A stretch of DNA of 64,000 nt from Cirrosporium novae-zelandiae (Eukaryota). The stretch spans positions 992,001 to 1,056,000 of the forward strand of contig JAPETS010000002.1 of the NCBI GenBank assembly GCA_026023565.1. The letters run 5' to 3'. The notes under the pieces were generated by a model that was not told the origin of the DNA, did not search any database, and saw nothing but the letters and a program-made list of their open reading frames with translations. The position numbers and the translations under genes are program-made. How positions within the stretch are numbered: the first letter of the stretch is position 1; each line of letters begins with the position of its first letter. Of the stretch, positions 24,585-38,333 are shown one piece after another.

Positions 24585-27063
24585 CTAATTCGCACGTATG
24601 ACAAGTTTAGATAAGAATTTGTTAGACAAGCTGTCAAAGTCCCTGCGATCGAATTTGGCATGCGAACGGGTTCGGAGATAAGTTTCTACATTCATGTTAG
24701 CAAGACCGTTGATGGATGAAAATATATTTTATATCGTACCATATCTAGTAACGTGCTCGCGAACTTCTGTCATGGCGTCACATACTGCAGGATCGGAATT
24801 AAGGATTTGGTGATGTTTGCGCGAATCCCATTCGAGGAATGATGGTAGCTTCTGAGAAATGGCAGAGAACAGTCCAACGATGACACCAACAGGTATGGTC
24901 TCCATATCGCTGCAGAATTTCTCAACTGTTTGTTCATCCTACTCAACGTCAGAAAACGCTATCACCAAGATGCTAGGTATAACTTACGGGAATCCGATAC
25001 TTGCAGTCGAATTGCATATTCTCCCAAACAGCCAGCAAAAGGCATGCAAGCATGAAAATCGTAGGCCAATGCTTGAGCTTATCACCACTGTATACGCTAG
25101 AGTAGAGGGCCGAAAGTTCCTCCAGAACGTCCTTCTGGAGTTCTCGCCACATATTGGCCATAGCCATCTTGACCTGGAAGTTAATCATGACTGGCGCCAT
25201 GGTCTTTCCCTTGAATTTAGAGGAATCATCCATGATCTTGCCAGGTAGACTTTCCTCGTCTGGTATTCCTTCGATCATTGTAACGTGAACCGTAAGATTG
25301 TAAGCAAGGACAAGTTTAAGGGCCTTCTTAACAATTGGCAACTGTGTGCGAACATAGAAATGATAGGCCGTCTTGAGCATCTGGGTGAGGAACGGAGTGC
25401 CTTCGAAGTAATCGTCGACAAAGTGTTCAAATCCACCATCAATGTGGCGATCAAGGTATTCAGAAAGCAAAGTCGTAGAAATTCCCTCCACACCTGCAGA
25501 TAATCTGGCTGTAGGCACCTCGAAATCTCGGGGTTCATGGTGCGCACTCTCAGTCCAGGTCACATCGAAGCAGCTATCATCGCGAACAAAGACCTCCCGA
25601 GCTTTTACAGGTAGTATTTGCCCATACCCATGAGTGATGAATAGAGTTTGTTCAGTATCTGAAAACCCCTTGATGTTGCTAACCGAAAACCCAAGACTGA
25701 CATGCCTCTCATAATCTGCCTTCCAGTCCTTGACGAAAAAGCCAATCTCCTTTATATCAATTCTCGTGCAAGGAACCTGCCAGAGACGAGCATGCGATGG
25801 TTGACATCCTGCGCAGGGCTCTCCCTTATCGCATGTCTTCTTTAAGAATTTGCATCGAAGGCATGCTCGTAACTTGCGGATTTCACTAGCCTGTTTACGC
25901 TGGTCTGGACGTAGTGGACCCTTTCTTCTACCAATCTTCTTCTCCCCATCCTTGCCAGCAGGTTTCTTGATGGATGCCTTTGTAGTTTTGGCGATAGGGC
26001 TCTTGCGAGATGCCCGCCGACCAGTGGGTGAACCCGAACCATTTGCTCCAGGAGATCTTTGAGGCGAGGTTGTCTGTTTATGTGGCATCGGGCGTACCAT
26101 GAGAGCAGGTGGACTGCTTCGAAGTGCTTGAGGCGACGACGAGCCTCGGCTACTCGGAACCGGTCTAACGGCAACCGCCGGCGGACTGCTGGCAGTTGAG
26201 GAAATTGACGAGAAAGTTGCTGGGTACAGCTCGGCATCACCATAGGTATGGTTCAGCAGCTCACGGTGATAGTCGAGCTCCGGGTTCGAATCGGATCCAG
26301 GGGAATTAAGACCAAATGGAGGTACTTCTACAAAACTGCTGAAGGAACGTCTCGACTGTTGCCCGAGGTCCGAATATGAGGAATCCGAAAAGGTGCGATT
26401 ATGGAGAGTTTGACTTGGGTTGAAAATGGCGCCGGGGGCCTGACGAGTGGTATAGTCGACGGTCGCCCATCCATTATCGCTGCTCGAGCTGGTGAGCGAT
26501 CGTACTTCGAGAAAAGTATCGGTAGGTGAACCTTCAGAAAAGGGCTGCGGGGCCAACGACATTTCAGGCAGGCCGTTGGCTCCAAAACCGATCATCTCAT
26601 CTGGGAAGTTTGGCCAATTGAAAGCCATGGGATCGAGCTGATCGGGCAGAGGCATGTAGGAGTTATCAAGACGAAGGGTAGGATCCATTTGTGCTTGAGT
26701 ATAGGCGATGGGTGAAGTTTGAAGTGGTACACCGTAAGTTCCTGAATAGTCTGCCGCCATAGACACCCCATCTTGGGGGTATGAAAGCTGTCCCGTAGGT
26801 TGTTGGAATTGCCAGTCTGACATCAGATTCGCCGAATGAGCCGCTGCTGCGGCTGTAGGAATAGTCATACTGAGGCTCGTCGTCTGTACAGGTGAAATCT
26901 CTCGCTTCATATCTCGTCTCTGGGTGATATCATGAGAATGAGGGCCATTTTGGTCGAGCATGGGCCATGGGGCGCCGTAAACATATTGAATGCGTGAAGC
27001 TCTCAAATCATAGTCGAGAGCATTGTTGGGGAGATGGTCGTTATTCATATCGAGGTTATCCAT
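24585..27063 (-). CDS. Zn(II)2Cys6 transcription factor, 3 exons
   Basis: Zinc cluster RACLRCKFLKKTCDKGEPCAGC..WQVPC. Introns 24987-24939 and 24739-24686 give an in-frame end ..LSNKFLSKLVIRAN*. Confidence 0.9.
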
Positions 27064-29414
27064 TGTGAGGAATATTTCCTCTTCAATGCTATTGTGATGG
27101 ATGAAGCATGCTTCGAAAGCTGATGAAAGAACAGTAAGAAGCTCGATATCGGTGGAAGATGAATAACGGCAAAGGCTGGGAGCGGGGAGTCACTGGACTT
27201 ACAAAGATGCGGTGAGGAACTGAGAGGGACTGGGAGGGACTGGGAGGGACTGGGAGGATTACTGAACAGGGTTTAGTTGAAGTCGGGGCCCACTTGAAAT
27301 TAAAAGCCGGACGAGGCAGCCAGCCAGCAATAAGCCAGCAATAAGCCAGCAATAAGCCAGCAATGGCCAACAACTAACAGTAACCAAGCAATTGTTTAGA
27401 GGGAATCCCCGTCAAGCCTGTGAAGCCTGTGAAGCCCTTCAATCCCTCAAGCCATGGGGAGAATAACCACATGCTAAACCTAATCCAGTATCACCCAGCA
27501 TTTAAGACGACGACACTACGACTCCGAACAAGGGATAATCACGAGTCAAACGTGGACCTCGCATACACTGCACTTTCTCAGTCTTTCACGTATGCAGCCA
27601 ATATGCGGGCAATGTTGTCTTGAATTCACATCATATTACAAGAACATCACAAGAATGAGGGCCTTCAATACCACTCACATGCTCACACCATTGCCCATTT
27701 AGGCAAGTTTGCGCGCTCTTTGCTCTATCTTTTGACTCTGGTAACATACAACGGGTATTTTTGGTATGAGTGGTATTTGGTATTTTTCCACCATTTTACC
27801 ATTTGACCATTTTTTACCACAACTTCGAATATCTTCTCGTCTGTTTCACTCTTCTGCTGCTGCAGTGCTACCTTTCCTCGAACATCATCTTGATGCGGTG
27901 CGGAGAAAGAGGCGTCTCAAGGGGCAAATTGGTGTACATTCTAAACACATCTTGAATCTGCCTTCCAGTAAAACTGCGCAAGTCCAGTCTGGGCCCTTCC
28001 GCAGTGGATACAAGAATATATCTTTGTGGACCATGTTTGTAGATCATCAGAACTCATTGCCAACTACTCACTATCAACAAACCATCTCGGCACAACTTTG
28101 GAAACTATACAGTATGGGAGCTAATCCTGCTCAGCAAAAGTAACAACTCGTTCTGACCAAGAAGGTGGACCATAAACCTTTGAGGTGGAGCTTCTCACGA
28201 TATCATTGCCATGTTAGGCAGTTTATCAATAGTACTCTTAGCCTCTGATCCATCCTGAATGCGACGGCGGTACATGGTAGGAGCTCATCGTTTTTCCGAA
28301 AAAGAAACATGGGAAATGCTTGCGGCGACAAGTGGGTTCGGTGATCCCCAGCCTCTCTCCATTAACACCGTTGTTATTATTGCTAGTCACTCCACGTTAA
28401 TTGATATGTATACTAAAGTATTATCCCCGAGTACCATGTACAGGAGGATACATGGCTGAGAAACCTAGGCTATTCCATTTTATCCATAGTTGACAGATAG
28501 TATTACTTAATCGCTTATGGTAGTCTGAAGAACCAAAAGGTTAATAAACAAGAGGTGGCTTTATAGCCTCTAATCTGATAAATAGTAGCAAGAGACTTGA
28601 TCACGAGAGAACTCTAACACAATAAAGAGCAATAATAGAATGTAGTTAATAGTTGATTTGATTTCCACCTTGCCGCCTCTCACCCGAAGGACCATGAGGA
28701 GCTGGCACCTGCCTCTCTTGCCTCCATGTTCAATCCTGAGGAATGAAACCTAGATGACCACGAGCTGACGTATCTGACGTATCTCATATCTGGATGATTT
28801 GACTTTGTCGTCGTGATCTAGGTGTCTAGGTGTCTAGATGCCTGAGGTATCCGTCTAGTGTTCGTCCAGATGCAGGTGGCATGTATGATGTGCATTTGAA
28901 CAACGTTTTAAAACGCGAGACAGGCTCAAACATACTTCGGCGAAACCGAGGTTGTTAACAATTGTCAAGCCTCATGTAAGGTAGCGTGCACAAGGAAAGG
29001 AGTAGCTATAACTCAGTCTGGGCTTTAGGAATGCTCTTAGGTTCCTTGGAATCTAGGTTTTTTTTTTCGGGAGCGGGGGAGATAACAATTGCAAGCATCT
29101 GCATCTTTGCATCTCTTCAGGGCTCCAGGGACCATGATTGTGTAGCTAACCCGTAGTTTATAACACAATCTATGTTTCTCATTTCATATTTTCATGTCTT
29201 TCGTTATTCTTCTAGAAGAAAAGTGGACGAAGAATTGTTCATAAGAAATTGATGACTCAGCCTTTGAAACCACAAAATCCATCGATGAGATGGAATTGTC
29301 TTCATCAGATGCTAGAGTCCAAGGAGTCTTCCGGATAATGAATCGTGACTGCCACAAAGAAATTCCCCCAACAATACTAACACAACAACCCACAAACGGG
29401 AATGCATCAATGCA

Positions 29415-31409
29415 ATGCAGTCAGGAAGAAGTCCTCGCGTTCATTATCCTTGGCCTCGAAGTAGACGTTCAAAAGTTGCTTCCAGAACAAACGCCTCTAA
29501 TTCACAGCGGGGAAAACCAAATCTCAACAACTCTATCTCAAGGGCTCCAACTAACGCACAGCGACTGACTATGGCTGAAATAACAAACCAAGATCAGCCT
29601 GGAGAGGTCATACCTGATCAAGACCTGCCAGAACTTGATAGGCTTCATATCACCACTCACCTGTTCACCTCTTTGCCGCTGCTTCGTGACCTGCTCATTA
29701 CTGAGACATCCCAAGTCCAAGATCATACTGTGGAAGATTGTCTTCCTCTTCTATCTGGTGAAAATGATCAAGCCAAATTTTCGTTTAATCAGCATGGCAT
29801 ACCCTGGCTTAATCGTGATGGGCATATTTCTTTTTCGCACAAATGCTTAAGGAATTTACCATCGGGCTACGTTGCAGCCGACGCCTCTCGTCCGTGGATG
29901 TTGTACTGGGCTTTGACCGGCCTTTATATACTAGGGGAGGATGTCTCACAATATCGCGACCGGTAAACCTCCCAGCACCGTGAATTTATAATCAAGTTTA
30001 CCATCCACTTGAATGGTCTAAAGATATACTTGATGTTTTCTCGGTCCACCATGTTAACCATAAAAAGACTTTACAAGAGCTAACATGTTCTGTTCAGGGT
30101 TGTCAATACACTGGCACCGATGCAGAACCCCGGCGGTGGCTTTGGTGGGGGACATGGACACATGTCTCATGCGGCGTCTTCATATGCTGCGGTTTTGAGC
30201 CTAATCTTGGTTGGAGGCGAAAACGCATTGAACCTCATTGATCGGAAAAAACTGTATGTTTTGCTGTTCCTCTTATTCAAGGTGCTTTATCTAACCTATC
30301 CACCCTCCAGTTGGCATTGGTTGGGAGAATTGAAACAGCCTAATGGAGGCTTCCAGGTTTGTATTGGGGGTGAGGAAGATGTCAGGTAAACATTACATCC
30401 TCCAAATCAATATCTCTCCGCTGAACTGTCTATAAGGGGCGCATATTGCTCTATGGTTATGATATCTCTCCTTAACCTTCCATTGGAACTACCTCCTACA
30501 TCCAAGGCACGAACAAGCAAAGACGACACATTTTTAACAGGGTTGCCTGAATATCTTTCCAGATGTAAGTTGACGGTCGTCTCAATGTTGTGAGCAGGCT
30601 ATAACACCAACAATTATTAGGTCAGACTTTCGAAGGCGGACTTTCTGAATCGCCTGGAACCGAAGCCCATGGGGCTTATGCTTTTTGTGTCTTGGCTTGT
30701 CTCTGCGTGATCGGGAAGCCTCACGAGATTCTCAAAGAGTTGGTATGCCAACCTGATGCAGCATCCAGAGTACTGACAATTGAATTTCCGTCAGATACCT
30801 AGATTTACCACTTCTCATCTCTTGGCTATCAGCAAGGCAATACGCACCGGAAGGTGGATTTTCTGGTCGAACCAATAAACTGGTTGATGGCTGCTATAGC
30901 CACTGGGTTGGAGGGTGCTGGCCTCTGATAGAGGCTGCACTGAATGGCCCTCAACCAACGGACGGGCCATTCAATCTCAAAATTCCAAGTCTGTTTAGTC
31001 GCGAGGGCCTAATTCGATATATCATGTGCTGCTGTCAAAATGAAGAAGGTGGAGGACTACGGGATAAACCCAGCAAGTGAGTAGATTAGATTTACATTCT
31101 TGCATTCTGTTGTATTAATTTGTTATTAGATATCCAGACTCTTATCATTCCTGCTATGTTCTGGCTGGACTAAGTGGAGCACAGCACTTCCATTACTTCA
31201 CCGAGGATGGTTTCAAGGATTTCGATGGGCCGTTGTCCTTTGCGTTTGGGTGGGAGTCTGTGTCAGCAAGCAAAGGATTTCCTCATCCCAATGAGAACCC
31301 TGTTTATGATGAAGATGACACTGTGAATGTCGTACATCCAATATTTGTAATTCCAGCCGGCCTTGCGGAGAAGACGCATCGTTGGTTTGAGGAACGGGCT
31401 AGTTTTTAA
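29415..31409 (+). CDS. RAM1: Protein farnesyltransferase beta subunit, 7 exons
   Basis: Motifs DASRPWMLYW, GGFGGGHG, EEDVRGAYC, EAHGAYAFC, GRTNKLVDGCYSHW, GLRDKPS and DSYHSCY. Six introns; start is ATG 29415 or 29571. Confidence 0.95.
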
Positions 31410-33695
31410 GGAACATTAACGATTGGACCCATCTGATCTTGCATGGTGATATTCAATTCGGCAAAAGATGTCGGCCATGAAAAGCTTGCAGGGAATTCAT
31501 ATATTGATTGGGTTGGTGTTGACGTCAGGAAGCCACAGGTCTGCGGGTGAAAGGTTTAGATGTCTTGGATAAAGAACTAGCCAAAGTCTCATCCAAGGGT
31601 CATTAGGACGCGATCTGGCAAGGACAGAGTATTATCGTTATTCTGTTTATATACCCTGGACAATATTCGAGGGTTCTAAGATGCTAGGATTGTTGTAGAA
31701 TAATATTAAGAAGCAGATGCTGATGACCTCAGACCTTGACTTTGCATTTTAAGCTTAGTGTAGTTGGAAGTTTACGGGAAAATGTCGATAATGTCTGGAG
31801 TAACTCATATGCGCTCAGTATGTTAGGGTAGCATCTTTCTCGAATCCACGATACGAGCCAACCCTTTAACTAACTGGATTCACTTACAAAACAGTCCAAC
31901 AGTGTCTGCATGGCATGATGGCCGTCCTGAGTTGCATCCCACAAGTGCCCGGGAACCAGTATCAAACCCAAGCTTGGTCCGGTCACTCCCTCCAAGTCCA
32001 CTAAACTTTTCGGCTACAGCACCTACAGCAGCTGCAGCGCACTTCTGCGGGTTTTATTAGCTGCATCTACGCATAAAATAAAATAAAATAAAACCTACGA
32101 ATAGCGGTCAAGAATTTCTCTACCTCCCGAACAACAGTCAAGATCTCAAATTCCGGAATGGCGTCAAATCTCAAAATACCAAAAACTTCCTCGGTGCCAA
32201 AGCTATCCATCCCAGCAATACTTCATCACTCGAGTCCGCAGAGACGACCTGGCATCTTTTCGGTACTCATGGCTGGGAAAATAAACACCGGAATACAATG
32301 ATTCAAATCTAAGGATGGACTCGATACTTAAAGGCTCTGATTTGGAACAAGAGCTATTTATGGAATTCTGGCATACCCTTGTTGAAGTCTGAGGCATCTG
32401 GACGCCTGGTCTGCCTGGTCTGCTTGATCGAGCTTAAGTACAACGATGATGTCTTTTAGGTCTCTCTTCGTGGCTTCTAGTGCATATGGTTTCACGGCTT
32501 GGTTGCCAACTCACACTTGCATCTTATGCCTGTCATGTCAAGGACGCCAGTGTCCTGGCTACCCACAGGAACCATTCCTTTCACAAAATATCGAGAGAAG
32601 AAGGAGGATTGGCTTTGCTCTTTAATTATCCAATATCAAAGCATCTCGATCCTTTCCCGCTCTCTTCGTGGCACGACAGGGCGTTGGTACCGGTTAAGTC
32701 TAACCCTCACCCATTGAGGCTCTCCAACTTCTCCCTCGCGAGATGACCATGGAGCTCAAGGCCGAGCAATTGTTATCTTTACCGATGTCTTTTGCAAAGC
32801 GACCGTTTCTCCCTCAGTTGCTACCACTCCACGAATTGGCACGGTTCCCGATATGTTTTTTGTGTAAAGGTTCCCTTCGACCACGTGCTAATGCCTTCCA
32901 TTCCATTCTTGTAGCTGCTTATCCACACTGAATCCGCTTGCTCACAAAAAGGATTCAAAGATTATGCTCTTCGTGGATCCTGAAGCTATGATATTACCTT
33001 TGTGGCCCTGGGAACAGACTCCCATTAGCTACATTTCGTTGGCATGTTCATGCAGCACTAAGACCCTCCCGAAATCATCGTCTACACGTCAGGGCATATT
33101 CTCCATGTCCCCATGTTCCGATCGGCACGGGCAAGACTAGTGATAGGTTTTTGCTCATTAATCTTGAGTCTCTCATTTCATCACTGGTGAATCTGAGCGC
33201 CAACACATCGTGGTGGCCTTGCTTTGGAATCGCATTCAATGTCTTCTCTGCCAGCGGCTCGGTCCGCTAAGGGTTTCCGGCCATGACTTTTGAGTTGTTT
33301 TTGATCACTTACTCAGATTGCCCCACATTCTGTTTTTTTTATCTTGTCTGCCATTTAATTCCGTTGCCTTCCCTGCTCATGGCTAGCCATTCACCGTCGA
33401 AGGTACAGGTCGTTCGCCTTGTATTTGACAGGAAATTCCGGCTCTCTACACGTCACTCCATCTCCAGCTTTGTTGCTCTCGTTATCTGCAAGAAGCCTCG
33501 TCTCCACGATTCCTGCCCCTTACCGTCGCCAACCTCGACTTAGGCTGAGACATTGGGCATCAAATACCCAGATCTGGGCGATATCGCTGCTTTTCCGGGA
33601 CGCAGAAAATCTTAATACGACTTCAGTCGAGTAGCCTTCGGTGGCTTCGGTCAGATTGTGGTCAGAGACCAGCTTGGATTTTACTCAGGAGGAGA

Positions 33696-34435
33696 ATGTA
33701 CTATATGCAATACCTCGCGAGTATGCTAGACCCTTTCAATACTCAATTTCAGCCTTACTCTTGAGGAATGCCCCTCCGTTCTTGGTTTCTTGTAGTGACT
33801 TTCGGAGCGTGTGGAATAACCACGTCAAGACCGAAGGCTTATAGGGTGTTTCCTTGCTTGTAACATGGTTCAGATCCTAAATCGAGTGTTTTGAAGAATT
33901 CGCATTGTCTCCTGGTCTCGAGTCTTATATTGTTGTCGGATGGGAACATGGAAGTTTCGTTTAGTATAGGGACAAATAATCGTGCAGTCAATAATAACCC
34001 CTGATTGCAGATCTCTGCCATCGCCGTCGCTGGCCGGACCCTCTCTATGAACCTTGCCTCATGGGTACCGGTTATACATGCATTGTGCGTGTCAATAATC
34101 GAGAATATCAGACGGACGCGATTTACGATTCCCCATCGTTAGCCCAAGAGAATGCTGCGATGCGAGCTTATCTGATCTGCCGAAACTTTTCTGTTAATGA
34201 TGGCATGTACCCTATTGGTCACGATCATGGAGGGATCATCCAGGGCCTCCCGGTGGCGATTGGTACGGGCAGACGAAGTAGGAAATCCTACGATGCAGAC
34301 GGTTCCATAAGTACCAGTAGCCAGAGTGGCGGGAGCAGTCCCGAAAGCCATGAGGCTGATCGAACCAGGCTCAAGAATGAGCGTATCACAGGTCAAATGA
34401 AGATCTTAGCATACGGGGACAAGCGACCTTTCTGA
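33696..34435 (+). CDS. Small fungal protein with dsRNA-binding-domain-like fold, 2 exons
   Basis: Exon 1 33696-33720 (MYYMQYLA) and intron 33721-34010, then NLCHRRRWPDPLYE..YTCIVRVNNREYQTD..AQENAAMRAY, a dsRBD-like alpha-beta-beta-beta-alpha pattern. Confidence 0.78.
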
Positions 34436-35595
34436 GATAGCGTGGTAGTACGCACTATCATCATGTGTCAACAGTTGGTCCTTTTACACGCCTGTACTAC
34501 TTGGAGTGGCAACGCTTCATCATTTGCATATTACGACTATAACGAGTTTTCTTTTAGCAAAACAGGATCTTTTTTTTATTGGGGAATGGTTTCTCATTGG
34601 GTATATTTGATATTCTTCGGGCAACTTATCATGTTACTTCATTGGTGGAGAGCGTTCTTGTACCTCAGCGGCTTTTCTTTCCAATTGGGCGTCAATGTCT
34701 CAGAAAGTCACTGGTGTGTGGCTACGAATTTTATGAATGACACGCCATGAAGACGGGCATTAAATCTTTGGGTTTTCATGATGAATGATCATTTGGCTGA
34801 GTTATTTGACCGTTAGCATTATTCTCCTAGATTGCTATCTTGCAGGTACCTTAAATGCGAAAAGCAGGTACTCAGCTAATATGAAATAAAAAAGGAGAGC
34901 AAGTACTGTACAAAGGGGTAAAATAATCTCTGATCAAGTTAGGGTTTCCCAAGCTTCGGCAATGGGAAATATTGTATGTACATGTACCTACCTAAGCCAT
35001 ATGGCTTGCATCATCTCTAGAGAGGTGAAGTTTCACTTTTCTTTTTTCCTACTTCTTCTTCTTCTTCTTATATATTTTTTTGGCTTGTATACTTGTAGAG
35101 AGTGACGGAACATAAAAAAGTATAGAATGGAAGGAAGGCAGAGAGTTTTAATGATAATCAGAAACAAAAAAAGAATTTCCATAAATTTCCCCAACCAAGA
35201 CACCAAAAAGTGTGTGTGTTGTGTTCCTGACTGCATGAATCTGCCGAAAAGTTTACATTGTTTGTAAATGATGTCACTCTCATCAATCCATACCTTGGTT
35301 GGAGGACCTTGGCCAACAATTCAAATCAATATAACTTGTTTGTCTACCACCTTCCCTCGCTCCTTTGACCTTTTCCTTTTTCCTTTCTCTAAATTACACC
35401 CTTCTTAAAGTGGCTCTCAAACATCTCACTGTTCTTATTAATTTATATTTTTTCATTTTTCATTTTTCTCTGCTAGCCATACATATTTTCAACTGATCAT
35501 ATAGTTGAATACTCCTTTTTTAATCCTCCCTTCCTTCACTACCAATTTCCTAAGATCCATATCTAGGTCTTTAGCTACAGGGGAAGCACCTACAA

Positions 35596-37260
35596 ATGAC
35601 GAAAGTACTTTCACAATGTGCACAAAGACCACTCGCTCTCTGTCAAAGAAATCTATATAACTTGACCTTACGTTGTCAGGTAAAAAAAAAATCATTTAAG
35701 AAGCCCCGAACGCTGTTGTTTACTGAAACGCTTACATTACAGTCATAAACTGTTCATAGGCAAAGCCAATTTCGACACTTGCATTATCCCTTCACGATGC
35801 TTCATACCATCCTCCTTTCCAAGCTATAAACTTGAAAAACAATAGATCCTCAGTCTCAATTAGAACATTCAGTCTCACAAGCATACCACGATCGGGGGAG
35901 AGTTCCCAAGCACAAACGGCTACTGATCTCAACCAGCAAGGCCAAGAGGAGCAGGAATCGCAATTAGATACTGCAATAGACCAACAGAAGGAAAGGCAAA
36001 TACGGAGACCATGGCAGCGGGAAGGCTCCAACATTCCCCCTGTCGCACGACAGCGCTCGGCTGGAGCTATGACGAAAGGTATATCCCAGTTGTCGCCTTG
36101 AATATTTATATGCTGACGAGGAAGGGAAACTACTTACCACCCCTTCACGACTGCTCAAACTCATTATCCCCCTAACCACCCTCGATAAAAACTCCGATAG
36201 AAAAGATGTCGAACCCCTAGCCCTAGTAGTACATCCCCAGCAGCCCTTATCCTACCTCGAGCGGCTCATCCAAGCCGAACTCCCCACCATCAAGAACGAC
36301 AAGGGCGAAGATAAGATCCCCAGCGTACATTTTCAAGCCGAAGATTCACAGCAGGATGAACTAAGACCCAAGAAACGAATACCAGAGGAGGACAAGGACT
36401 CTCAAGATACAACCGAAATAGAGGGTAAATCCGAACCGACTGGAAGACTCAACCGGAGAACACCACAAGAAGCAGCGAATCTGCGAGGCGGGCCAGGAGA
36501 AGGGGGTGTGGAATCCTACAGCGGTCTCGGCCACGAGAGAACAAAAAATAACAAAAAACCCTTCGTTCGGTGGTCCTCCTCCACCGAAATTGGTGATTTC
36601 ATTCGCGATGCCGCCCGAGGCAAAGAATTCGCCGTCAAGATTGAAGGAGCAAGGAACGAAATCCGCATCGGCGTTCCATCCTTCAACGACCGAACATACT
36701 ACCTCCGAATGCGTCTGCGGAAACTTTCCCAAAAAATCTCGAGCATGGCAGCCTTGAAGCGAGAGTGCGATGATGCGGCACATCGACGAGCACAGCGCTT
36801 CGCCATGGGCGGATTTGGCGGCCTTATCTCTTGGTGGTTCGTCGTGTGGGCCTTAACATTTCAAACCGATCTGGGTTGGGACACGATGGAACCGGTGACA
36901 TATTTAGTCGGCTTGTCAGCTATCATAGGCGGCTATATGTGGTTTCTTGCCCACAACCGGGAGATCTCGTACCGATCGGCTATGAACTATACGGTGAGCC
37001 GAACGCAGAACAAACTGTACGAGGCAAAGGGGCTCAGCATTGCCAAATGGGAGTCCCTCATTGAAGAAGGCAACGCTCTGCGCCGGGAGATTAAGGCAGT
37101 AGCCAACGAGTACGATGTCGACTGGGACGAGCAAGCTGACGAGAAGGATGAGACGGTCAAAGAGGCGTTGAAGAACGAAAGGGATAAGAATAAGAACTCA
37201 GGAGAAGAAGAGGATAACGACGGCAAGGGGAAATCTGGTAACAAACAGAATGAGGAGTAG
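35596..37260 (+). CDS. MCU: Mitochondrial calcium uniporter pore subunit, 3 exons
   Basis: Selectivity filter WDTMEPVTY between two TM helices; fungal N-domain GKLLTTPSRLLKL..HPQQPLSYLERLIQ. Introns 35680-35759 and 36079-36124; basic presequence-like N-terminus. Confidence 0.93.
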
Positions 37261-37645
37261 TTGAAAAGATACCATTGATACCATTTCACATATTATAAGC
37301 AGGGCCCTCCCTCCCTCTCTGCTTTGTGTGTGTGTGTGTATGTGAAAAAAAAATATAGAAGCCAAAACCCCATTTTGCGGTTGTGTTAGCGCCGTTGCTT
37401 TCTTAACGCACATATTAATAACAAACAATATTCTCGTTATTTTTTTCCTTTCCTTCGAGTCCTTCCTTTCCCTTTCCCCAAGTTTTTCCAATTGCCAATC
37501 AGATTCAAACCCATCTACAAATCTCAAGCGTGTGCTTTTTACCCCATTTCTCTATGAGCAATCCCATTCCATTTCCATTAGTTTGAAACCTAAGATTTCT
37601 TTTTTTTTCTCTTGGTGCTTTCCTTCCCTTGTCTTTTTTTTTCAA

Positions 37646-38333
37646 TCAGTGCACCGAATATCCATTCCGAGCGGGATCGTAATAAGTACTTGATTTTGGA
37701 GGATTCGGCTTTGATTTTGTGCTTTTTCGTGCTCTCGACCCTAAAGAAATAACTTAAATTAGCCAAACGAGCTCCGACAGTCTCCTTTTCCCCTTTCTCT
37801 CTCCCATACATCCATCTATTCCAACAAAGAGAAAAAAAAAAACACACACACCATTGTCATCATCATGTCTCCGATTATTTCTCCCATCCCGATACCGAAA
37901 AACATGCCATAGCACCCATCGAATAATAGAGTTTGGACCATATTGGCCCGCCGTGTTTCCTAAATCGTACCACGGGGCTGTCATCTGACTTCGCTCGTTG
38001 TAGATCTGCACGATGGCCCAGCGGAAAGAGTAGTCCGAGATTTGTGCGGCGGTGTAGGGGGGTTGGATTGACATATCATTTTTGTAGGTGGGGGCCAGGT
38101 GGTCGCGGCCTTGGATTAGGATCAGGTAGTAGTGTTCTGCCTCCCTCTGGGGGGTTTGAGGGGAAAAAGTTAGTTTATGGGTGGGTGGGTTTTGATGGCG
38201 TGGTTGGGAGGTTGAGGGCGGGAGGATCAATTACCTTCATTTGATCGTAGATGTGGTTTTGGGCACTTGTTAGGCCTAGTTCTCTGAAAAAAGCATCTTT
38301 GGAGATGCTTGGTGTTATATTAGGTAGCGTCAT
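37646..38333 (-). CDS. Hypothetical fungal protein, 3 exons
   Basis: Exons 38333-38235, 38146-37852 and 37740-37646 splice in frame. Motifs NSIIRWVLWHVFRYRDGRN and C-terminal YYDPAR resemble a fungal family of unknown function. Confidence 0.72.
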
